The position numbers and the translations under genes were made by a program. A stretch of DNA of 56,242 bases from assembly GCA_018398765.1 (NCBI GenBank), contig JAHBMJ010000110.1, positions 1 to 56,242 on the forward strand. The letters run 5' to 3'. Origin of the DNA: Chromera velia. Its lineage: Eukaryota. Shown here in pieces: positions 1 to 9,300 of the stretch. Below the pieces are notes generated by a model. The model was not told the origin of the DNA, did not search any database, and saw only the letters and a program-made list of their open reading frames with translations. The first letter of the stretch is position 1. The number at the start of each line of letters is the position of its first letter.

Positions 1-234
1 GAGGGGGAGGGGGGGCTCGTTGGTCTGTTGGCCTGGATGAGGGCGGCACGGGTTCTTTCTTTCGCGCAAATGTTCTCTTTCTCTTTCTCGGCTTCGGATT
101 GGTAGTCGACTGAACGATCGCGGATTTTGTTTCGGAGGTGCGCGACCTTCTCAGAAGGGCATAATTGCTGCGGCGTTGTTTGTTTGTTGGTGTCTGCACG
201 CCTATGTGTCTGTCTGTCTGTCTGTCTGTCTGCA

Positions 235-271
<37 letters not shown>

Positions 272-299
272 GTCTCTCTGTCTCTCTGTCCACCTGCAG

Positions 300-2344
300 A
301 GCTAAACTTCGAAGTTGATGTGCCAGTGGGACCTCTGACCATTGACGTGATTGTGGACTTGCCGCCTTCCGGGACCCCTTCACAAAGGAGTGAGAGAGAG
401 AGAGACGGAGAGAGTGATGAGGAGGGAGTTAGTGCAGCAGAGACAGAACCGGCTGGTTTTTCGAAGAGACGGAAAGAGGAGAAACGCCCACGGCGCGTGG
501 TGCTTCTCCTTTCAGGGCCCTCATCCTTTGTGTGGGGTCCCTCTCCCGGTTGGGAGGGAGTGGGACCTCTAGGTTTGTGCAAGGGGGAGGAACTGAAGAT
601 GTTTCTTCTCAAGTCACTCCTGTCGGAAGAGACCAGGGAGAGAGTGAACAGGTCTCTTGAAGGCCTCGGAATGGAAACGTGTGTCTGTCAGCCTGCATGG
701 AGAGAGGGAGGGAGGGAGGGAGGAGAGGAGAGGAAATGCGTTGATGCATGCAGAGCAGATCTTCTTCCGCATGATTTTCTCTCTCTTTGGTTCTTTGAAT
801 GAAGGGGCATGTACCTTCTCTGTGTGTGTGAGAGAGAAGGAGAGCGAGAAGAAAAGTAGGAGTAGGAATAAGAGCAGCGTGGACGCTTACACGTACTTAC
901 GGCAGGCAGGCAGGCATGCGTTGGGGCTAGAGACGCACATGTGGTTTTTGTTCGAATTTTTCCTTCAGTTTTGCGCCCCCGTTCCCCTCTGTGCTTTCCT
1001 TTCTACGCAGAGTGGAGTGGATTCCTCTTCGTAGGAAATGCGTGAGTGCTTTCATCAATTTATTTTTCTGTATCCATTCTGACATTAATTCTCTCTGTTA
1101 CTTTCTGCTCTCTCTCTGTTTGCATAAAATGCAGAGTGGAGGTGTCAGTGGATTCCGACCCTCTTTTCCGTCGTCTCTGGTGGGTTGAGTGGGAGGAGGC
1201 CGGCGAGGCTCTGCATGGGGCGGTAAGGGTTGTGGAGAAAGAGGAGGAGAAGGGGGAAGAAGAGTCTCTGGAAGTGGTGGAGGGGGGGGGAGAGGGGGTG
1301 GGGAGAAGAAGGAAAGAGTTGGCACTGAAACGTCTGTCGTTTCTCCTTGACGAGACAGACGCCAAGCTAAAGGCAAATTTGAATTTGTCACTTGTTGAAG
1401 AGAGTAGTCAAAAGGAAAAGAAGGTGGCAGAAGAGGGGGGATTTGTGGCTAGGGAGGAAACAACGAAAAAAGGGGAGAATATTTCACCAGCTGAAACATT
1501 TATGGAAACGCCTTTCCAATCGTTGCCTGAGACTGAGATATTTCATTTGAGAGAGAAAGAGAATGGAGAAACAAATGTAGCCGACGGGAAGAGAGTCAGC
1601 ACTCGTGTGAGGGAATCTGGAAAAGAACAGGAAGAGATGGGGTTAAGTGAAGGAGGAAAAAGAGGACCTCAGATCGGGGTGACACTTTCTGTAGATGGGG
1701 GGGAGAATCAAAGTTGGGGGGGCGAGGGCCGCAGAAGTACGGAGCCTGTAGGTGAGACGCAGTTCGCGTTAAACTTATCGAATTCAGATAGAGAGGAGAG
1801 AGGGACGCTGTCAGCGTCGATCAGTGTGAGTGCAGGGAAGGCTTCGTCAAGCAGTCGTGAGAGAGAAGTGGTGGAAGCAGCTGCAGTAGGAGAAAGTTCA
1901 GGAGGCTTGCACTTAACCGGACCGATAGAGAAGTTGTCAAGCGAAGATTCTGCTTCGCTGAAGCAAGTGCTGCATGAAGAAAAGGGGAGATCGGAAGAAG
2001 CAAAGTCAAATAATGGAGACATGGAAGTTTCTATTTCTCCCTCTCCCTCTCCTCCTGTCAGTCAGACAAGCAGTGTCAATGAAAACCCATTCTCTCGAAT
2101 GCAGTCGTCTCATTCTGACGCACCTGTGTCTCACCACAAAAAGGACAAAGAAAAAACTGAGTCGCTTCCGAGTTGGACTGTACCACTGAAAGTGAAGTCT
2201 CCGTTTTCAACCGTACAAAAAAGAAGGGGGGACGAGGCCTCAGCGCGAGTCGCCACAGAGGGCGCAGGGCCACGGCTTGGTGAAAGTTCTTCTTCGGGCG
2301 CTTCTTCAAGCTTTGGATGGATCATGCGGTTGTTTGGAAGTTGA
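300..2344 (+). CDS. 3' part of a RAP-domain-like protein (exons 300-678 and 1135-2344; 5' exons unresolved or outside the window)
   Basis: Acceptor ctgcag ends at 299. Donor GT at 679 and acceptor atgcag at 1134 are phase-compatible (AC+A). The spliced protein reads GPLTIDVIVD...RRVVLLLSGPSSF...LKMFLLK...LEGLGMETVEV...WWVEWEE...LKRLSFLL, matching the RAP motif order (IDI...IEVDGPxHF...LKxRLL..LGW.V..V.WxEW...YL). A disordered acidic/Ser tail follows; stop TGA at 2342-2344. Confidence 0.6.
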
Positions 2345-3064
2345 AAGAGATCGATACGCAAAAAAACACTTTTAAAGATCGAGGGGAATTATTAATCAAA
2401 TTATTATTAGGGATTCAGCGTTCCGCCTAGCGTCCCCCAAAAAGAAAAATAGTGTAATAAGAGTGCTGTTAAAGTAAACGGCCTACGTCTAGCTTGCATG
2501 TAAAATTTCAAGTTCTAACTCTTTGAGTCTTTGCACTTCTTTCATTATGCGAACACCCAATTTTGAAAATTAAGCGTTAAAATTTGGGAGTCCCAATTTT
2601 TAATATTAAATTTAACTCGTACTTTAACTCCCAATTAGCTCCCAATTCATTAAAGAATGATGATGATTATAAGGGTTAAACTTACGGTTTTATCCGTAAA
2701 ACCGTTTAAGAATAACTTTAATCGTGACCTGGATATGATAATTTAATACCTCTTAGAACTCTTCAGCAAACCTAGAAGCAAACTACTAAAAGCTGCTGGC
2801 AACTTCGGCGGCAAGAAAGAAATTCAAGGTATGTGCACATAAATGAGTACTATAACTCTAGGCATACATAGGGTTAAATTGTGTATGTCGTATCTATTTT
2901 CGGCCAATATGTTTCCATATCACTACTCCTATCTAGACTTCTATATGTATAGAACTTGGAATAAATTCCGAATAATTGGGTGGATTATGGAGGATTCTTT
3001 GAATATTATACGACTATAGGAATAACATGAGTTATATTGTAACTTGTGGGCCGATCTGTTTAGT
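2345..3064. other. AT/TpA-rich intergenic island between convergent 3' ends
   Basis: GC drops abruptly (17/60 G+C in 2581-2640). TA and CTAG words are frequent, microsatellites of the intron type are absent, and there is no long ORF. Confidence 0.85.
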
Positions 3065-5341
3065 TTACCGCCAGTCATGCCATTGGCGGTTGTCGGCATC
3101 GCGTCCCCTTCTTTTCGCATTCATGCACAGATGCCGCCACAGCCTCTCGCACCACATTGTCTCAGCCTGGGGCTCCTCCTGCCTGGCAGCGCTGCCCTCG
3201 AGCAGCAACCCCACTGTACCAGGCTCCTGCATGTTGAAGCTGAAATTGCCCAAAATGAAGCAATCCAGCTTTCCTAGAGTCTTCCCATCCCAACCTATCG
3301 CCCTCTCCAGCCGCAAACGCAGCCGCTCCTTCTCCCTCCTAGCCTCCTGCTCCTCCTCACTTCCCCACGTCCCCACCCACACTCTAGATTCCTCCGAGTC
3401 CTCAAGGGGGGTTGAGGAAGACATAGGCGCCAGAGCCAGAAGCTCGGCCACCGCCGTATCAAAAGGCAGTTCCCTCGGCAAGTCACCACACCAACCGTAC
3501 CCCCCCCCATGAACATTTCGAGAAAGCCACTCCGATTCCCTCGCGCACAGCGCCCTCAGCACTGCGCGCCTCTCGGGATCTGTCGGCCAGTCGAACCGCA
3601 GAAACCGGTCACCCGCAGCCTGCGCCTGTGCGTACATCGAGGGGGCTTCGTTGAAAGCCTCCGAGATGCACGAGAACGCCTCCGCCATCTGAACGGGAAG
3701 TTGGACAGGTTCGACTGCAGAAGTCACGCTCTGCGAGTGACTGGCAAAAGCCGTGAAGGTCTTCGTGCACCGCCGTTTGTTGCCGCTCCCTGACGTCACG
3801 TACGTCTGGGCCTCCCATCTGGGCAGTGAGTCGACGATGGAGAGCAGCGGCCGGATTCCGACCCCCCCCTTCGCTTTCGACCTCTTCGCCTCTGCCCTCT
3901 TGAGGGCCTCAGAGAACACCGTCGCTGCCAGGAGCTCCTGGAATTCCACTTCCACGCCCGCCGTGACGGTCGCTGTCGGTTGCTGTTTTTCCAGACTCTG
4001 CCGGAAGGTGTGAAGGAAGAAGGACGTAACGACGTCCCAACTCTTCCTCTCTCGGTACGGGCTGAACGACCAGCCGCGGGTCGAGGGCAGCTTTGCGAGG
4101 TGCAGCAGAGCCAACAAGAGCTCGGGCCGGCCCACGTTCAGTTGGCAGAGACGGAAGAAGGAGGGGGGCAACGGGGGAAGCAGGCGTGCAGAGTCGAGCT
4201 GGGTGCATGTGGGGGGAGAGGGGGAGTCTGAGTCTGACGCGGGGGCGGGAGAAGTATTGGAAGAGGCACTGGCACTTGCAGAGGAAGAAGAGGAAGAGGA
4301 AGCGGCGCAGGGAGAGAACGAAGAAGACGAGGAGGGTGTGGGTTCGGTCAGGTCCTTTTTGGGGTTTCGGGGGGGGGCGTAGAGGTTCAGAGCGAACAGC
4401 GCGAGTGCTCTGTGGATGTGAGGGGCGCTGTCGGACAGCAGATCAGACATTTCAAGAGAGGGGAGCGCGGAGACTCGAGACATGAGAGTGTCTGTCGCCT
4501 CCTTTGCCCTTTTCTTGGTGAATTTCGAGGGCGCGTTGACAAACTCGTTCAGCACAGCGTCAACCAACTGCGCGCAATGCGAGGCGATGGGCGGGAGCTG
4601 CGCCTCTACAGAGGATCGCACCGAGTCCACTTTAGTCTTTTTCTGTTGGGCTGCTTTCGCCTTGGCCTCCACCTTGCGTTTTTGAAACTTCCGACTCTCC
4701 TCTCTGCTCTGGGCTATGAGGGATCTATGCAGCTCCACAATTCTGGCTGCTGCAGAGGTCTCCGTCTCCCCCCACTGAGTGCTCACCCACGCGGCGAGAG
4801 AGGAGCCTTCTCTCTTGATTCGGTTTACAGTCTCCACAGTAACCAGGGGCCCTACACGGCTCCCCCCTCTGATGAAGTCGGGTCGCAGAATGTAGGATCG
4901 ACCTGAGTAGTCGCTGGTTGCGGCTTCCTTGCATCGCAGCACCTCACTCCACCTTCTCGCACTCTCTCTCGATTTCAGATCGATTGTGTCTGTCAGATCC
5001 AAGTTGTGATTCCAACAGATGAACAGACCAAATGTGGGCCGCAGATGTTGCACAGTATTTGTGCAGCCGGCAACTTCACAGCGTCGGCCGTTGGCGATTC
5101 GCAAAAGCCGCAGGGGGGACGGAACGAAAAGGGTCCGGTCTTGGAGGCCGTCGCAAAGCAGATGGAGCGACTGCCGGGCATAGACTCCGGTCCCCCGAAG
5201 CATGATTGATCTAATGACCTGCTCATGGGTCAGACGGCTCTGGAGTTCTTTTGACGTGCTGACGACCCTCAGCAGCTCTCGAGGTTCCAAAAACTGGAAA
5301 CACTCAACCACAAGCTCCTGGGGAAACGGGGAACTTTCCAT
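3065..5341 (-). CDS. Intronless F-box-like protein (758 aa) with a Cys/His cluster after the F-box
   Basis: Uninterrupted ORF with ATG at 5341. The N-terminus PFPQELVVECFQFLEPRELLRVVSTSKEL fits the F-box pattern LPxELLxxIFxxLxxxDLxxxxxVCK. It is followed by RCEVAGC...FGLFICWNH (possible Zn site) and a Lys/Ala coiled-coil segment. Confidence 0.7.
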   Translation of the reverse strand: MESSPFPQELVVECFQFLEPRELLRVVSTSKELQSRLTHEQVIRSIMLRGTGVYARQSLHLLCDGLQDRTLFVPSPLRLLRIANGRRCEVAGCTNTVQHLRPTFGLFICWNHNLDLTDTIDLKSRESARRWSEVLRCKEAATSDYSGRSYILRPDFIRGGSRVGPLVTVETVNRIKREGSSLAAWVSTQWGETETSAAARIVELHRSLIAQSREESRKFQKRKVEAKAKAAQQKKTKVDSVRSSVEAQLPPIASHCAQLVDAVLNEFVNAPSKFTKKRAKEATDTLMSRVSALPSLEMSDLLSDSAPHIHRALALFALNLYAPPRNPKKDLTEPTPSSSSSFSPCAASSSSSSSASASASSNTSPAPASDSDSPSPPTCTQLDSARLLPPLPPSFFRLCQLNVGRPELLLALLHLAKLPSTRGWSFSPYRERKSWDVVTSFFLHTFRQSLEKQQPTATVTAGVEVEFQELLAATVFSEALKRAEAKRSKAKGGVGIRPLLSIVDSLPRWEAQTYVTSGSGNKRRCTKTFTAFASHSQSVTSAVEPVQLPVQMAEAFSCISEAFNEAPSMYAQAQAAGDRFLRFDWPTDPERRAVLRALCARESEWLSRNVHGGGYGWCGDLPRELPFDTAVAELLALAPMSSSTPLEDSEESRVWVGTWGSEEEQEARREKERLRLRLERAIGWDGKTLGKLDCFILGNFSFNMQEPGTVGLLLEGSAARQEEPQAETMWCERLWRHLCMNAKRRGRDADNRQWHDWR

Positions 5342-6170
5342 ATTTGACAGCACACTCCTCTACAATCTGACGGGACCCGAACGCCTGACAGGACCCAGAG
5401 GGGCTGGGCACAACTCTACACACAGTGCACGAGTCTTGGCGTAGACGGCAACGTCAGGTCAGGCAATTTCATAGGTCTACGCGGATAGTTCGTCTTTTCG
5501 CATGAACAAAGCGGTATTCTGTTTGCTTTTCTTCACTCTAAGCAGTCTTCTTGAGATGTTATTCTTGCATGTCGACCAAGGGAAACATTGGTGGAATGAG
5601 GGACTTCGCGGAGGCATATTAATATAAGTGAGACTCAGGAACTCGTCGAACGTCGGAGTAACTCAGTGCATGTTTCATTGCCTCAGTCTCCAACTTTTGC
5701 ATGACAGTTTTGGCCCCGGAAAGCGTACGTATAGCGCGGGGGATGCGCGGGGGGCACTTATCTGCATGCATGTCGTTGCATGCATGCACATGCATTGCAA
5801 GTGTTGCAAGGTGCAAAGGACCAGAGAGACACTAAAGAGGCATAGATAGGCAGAGTTGCAAGGTGTTGCGTGAAGCATATTTCTATAGTGCCCTGCTGTT
5901 GCGTGAAGCAGCGTGATTTCTGTATTTGTCAGGTTGATTTTTTCTGCATGCGGCATGCATGCATGTATATATCTAGCTATATCTGTTAATATTATGATGC
6001 ATGCATGAACGTAACATATAGTAGGACGTCTATACACGTACTCTTTTTCAAGAGACAGATCTCAGATCCACGTATGTGTGTGGCTTTTTCAGTTGACTTT
6101 TGATCACAGGTACACACGTGACATGTTTCAGCTGAAGCTAAGCATAGAAGCCCGTCCGTCTGTAGCTGTG
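5342..6170. promoter_or_regulatory. Divergent promoter region (F-box gene / WD40 giant) with clustered TGCATG(CA) motifs
   Basis: Lies between two head-to-head genes. TGCATG/GCATGC clusters at about 5763-5795, 5945-5965 and 5998-6006; direct repeat tgttgcgtgaagca near 5864 and 5897. Confidence 0.45.
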
Positions 6171-6317
6171 GCTGAGATGCGGAGAGTGAGCATTATGGTA
6201 AAGGAGCGAGGAGGAAAAGCCAAAAGGGAAGAGAGAGGATGCTGCAAACACCCCGGAATAGCGCGCTGACAGGCGAGAAAGGGTTATCTCTCTCTGTTTT
6301 TGAGCCCTTCCTTGCAG

Positions 6318-9300
6318 CGTGTCCGGCATGCAGATGAACATCGAGAGAAGAGGGCAGGTGGACTCTGTGCAGGTGAGGGTCGCACAGTCGCCTGTGATTG
6401 ACCTCTGCACCAGTGGCTTTAGGTTCTTTCTGCTCACGGGACACGCTCTCTTTCTTTACTCTTTCCAGAAGTGCGTCGCCGTCAGGAGCCTGGAACACCT
6501 CCCGCCCTTCACTTTTCGCCGTGTGTTTGCAACCCGAGAGGGCGTGCTGCTCGTTGGTATCGTAAATAAAAAAGCCGGGCCGACGCAACAGAATTCCGAA
6601 ATGCAGCTCCTGGCGCTTCTCCTTTCTTCCGAAGAATTGGCTGTGATCGGTTCAAGCGATGAGAGGACGATGCACTCCCTCAGGCAGGGGCGAACGAAGG
6701 AATTCGACCTAGCAACTGTGTCTCAACTTCCCCTTGCCTTCTGTGTTGAGCCTTCGCTCCTGATCTTCTCGGGCAGTTTGTTGATCAGTGCGGTGTCAGA
6801 GAACGGAGAAAAGGGAGAAGGGGGGCAGACAGAGTCCAGTGTGTTCGTATGGGCAGTCACAAGAAATCAAACCGCAAAATTTTCGAGAGACCTGTACAGA
6901 ATAGGACCTGTAACCAAAGTCAGACTGCAACACTTGGACTGTCCCACATCTTCTGTCTCTCCCCGTATTGTCATGGCCACTCGAGGAGACGCCCTTGTGA
7001 TTGCGACAGGGCTCCATTTCGCCTTTTTCCGGGGCCTTTCTGGGCGTCTGAGCGAGGCAGACTCTCCGCAGATCGCGCTGATGTCGGACGAGGAGGGGGC
7101 GCTAATGAGAGCGCAAATGGTTGTAGCTCGGAATAGAAAGGGGGCAGGGAAGGGAGCTCGGCACTGCTCTGTCAGCTCTTCTGCTGGTGCTTGGGGTTCG
7201 ATTCCCTCTCCGCTGTCCCTCTCTTTTGGTACCGGCTGGGGGGGGAGAGAAAGAGAAAGAGAAGAAGAAAGAGAAGCAGACTGCGCAGGCACGTCTGTGA
7301 TTTTTTCCGTTGGGGTTCTTTCTGCAAATGAAGCCCGAGACAGAGGTCTCTGGCTGACTGTGTGCGATGTCTCTGAAACTCTCCTTGTCAGAGGAGAACG
7401 ACAACGCAATAGAGAAAGAGAAAGGCGAGAGGGGGGGTGGGAGCAGGAAGCCGGAGGAGGTAGAGGGGTGGAGGTCCGGGAGAAGATTTCATCTGCTCCC
7501 GTCGTCGCAGCTGCACAGGTTCGAGCTCTGCAGTCATTAGAGAGCGGGTTCTCTATTCGTGCAGATGTGCGAACTGTGGAGGCAAACCCTTCGCTTGCAG
7601 TCTGTGCGTGTGCGTTGATTGATACCCACAGAAAGAAAGAGAAAAGGGGGGGGGGGAAGGAACATCCCCCTCTGGCGTCTGCAAGTTGTGCTTTGTTTGA
7701 ATTGACACTATGGCAGCTCTCTCTTGCGAGGGCATTCAGAGGGGCATCGGACGACAGAGAGGGGACGGTGGCGTATCTGTCTAGACTTATCGAGGTCAAC
7801 CTGTCTGGACTGTGTTCCTCCCCTTCTCCGTTAGGATGTTCTGTTTTGTCATGGGAGAATGTGAAGGAAAACTCCGTCAGTGAGTGTCGGGCAGCCCCCC
7901 TTTGCGGTCTGCCGCTTCTTGTGCAGAATTTCCAGAAAAAAGGGGTGGCGAGAAAGTTTCTCCTCGTGAGTGGGAGTCCCACCGCAATCCGATTTTCGGA
8001 ATTCACGGCGGCCTCTGAAGGCCTCCAGACAGTCGGAGATGCTGATCCTTCCCGTCTCCTTCCAGTCGTACCGTTAAATCGAAAAGCAAGGAAGAGACGA
8101 AGGGTACCGGATGTTTATGCGCTCGCAGCTTCATCTGACTACGCACTCGCACTCACAGAAGAAGGAGCAATTTTACAAACAGAGAGAATGCCGAGGGTCA
8201 TTGCATCCTCCTCCTCCTCTTCCCCCAGCTCTGTTCATCATTATCAGCCTTCAAGTTCTGCTGCCGCAAAAAGAGAATTTCGGCCTCTCGTTCCCCTTTT
8301 CCCCCCCAACGCATTCTTTGATAGAGAGAGGGAGGGAGAAAGCGGAGGAGGAGGGGGGGCGGGAGTCACAGGTCACGCTGCAAGTCCTTCCCAAGCTAGG
8401 AGGATGGTGGAGAGTCTGTTCTTCTCCACCCGCTGTTCCCTGTGGGTGGCTTCCCTTTCCGACGGCTCCCTGAGGTCTCTTCCCATTGGGCCTGGCGTGT
8501 CTGAGGCCTCACTCCCTTCTTTCGAGATTCCCTCCAGGTACAGAGCGGCAGCAGAAAGGAGGGGATTCCCAAAGAAAGGGGTGGTGGGGGCAGGCGCAAG
8601 CGTGACATGTTTTGCAGAGAGCGCGTTGTCTGAGGTGTTATTGGGTGAGCCTGAGCTGACTGGGGAGGCCTTCAGGTACCGCACAGGGTTTGGAGAAGAC
8701 CCAATGAGTGGGCCCACGTTACCTGTGAAGAGAACCCGTATGCTGGCGGCAGGGAGGGAGGCACACGAGATTCGTCTGTTGCAAATGTTTAAGGACGTCA
8801 CGAAGAGCGATCAGCACAGGAAGAGGCTGAGATACAGAGAGAGGCTGATGAAGTTGGAGAAGAAGAGAAGATATTTCAAGAGACTCCGAAATAAGGCCGA
8901 CACACTCTGGCAGGTCGGTATGTCGGTAGGGATGCAGGGAGGGAAGGGATAGTGGAGGTGTAGCTCCACTGTGGGCCCTGCCTGACTTGATTTCAGGAGA
9001 TCTTCAGTTGTCTCTGTTTTGTTTCTTCGTTCGACTGTAGGCTTCCATGTTTTCGGCTGAGTTGTTCTCCAAAACAAGATGACACCAATGCAGCCAGTCA
9101 GCGAGCGAGGCAGTCAGTCCGTAAGGCGAGCAACCTCTTGCTTTTGTTGTAAAGTATGCGTGCACACTAGCTAGGCGGAGTCGGAGGAGAATTTGGTGCT
9201 CTCGTCTGCATGCCATTGGATTGCCTTAACTTCTCTGCTGAGTCTCGGTTTGTTTCTCGATCGTTTCTTGCTGCAGATGCACTATTTTCTGTTTTTGTTT

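Noticed and set aside
1..299. Upstream exon of the RAP-like gene (e.g. DFVSEVRDLLRR)
   Set aside because: All three frames contain stops and I found no phase-1 GT donor giving a sense codon, so it is left unannotated.
2672..2878. agggttaaa as an interstitial telomeric repeat
   Set aside because: Only two isolated partial copies, not in tandem.
6867..8006. 379-aa antisense ORF and similar shadow ORFs inside large exons
   Set aside because: Antisense shadows of GC-rich coding exons, with no motifs or splice support.
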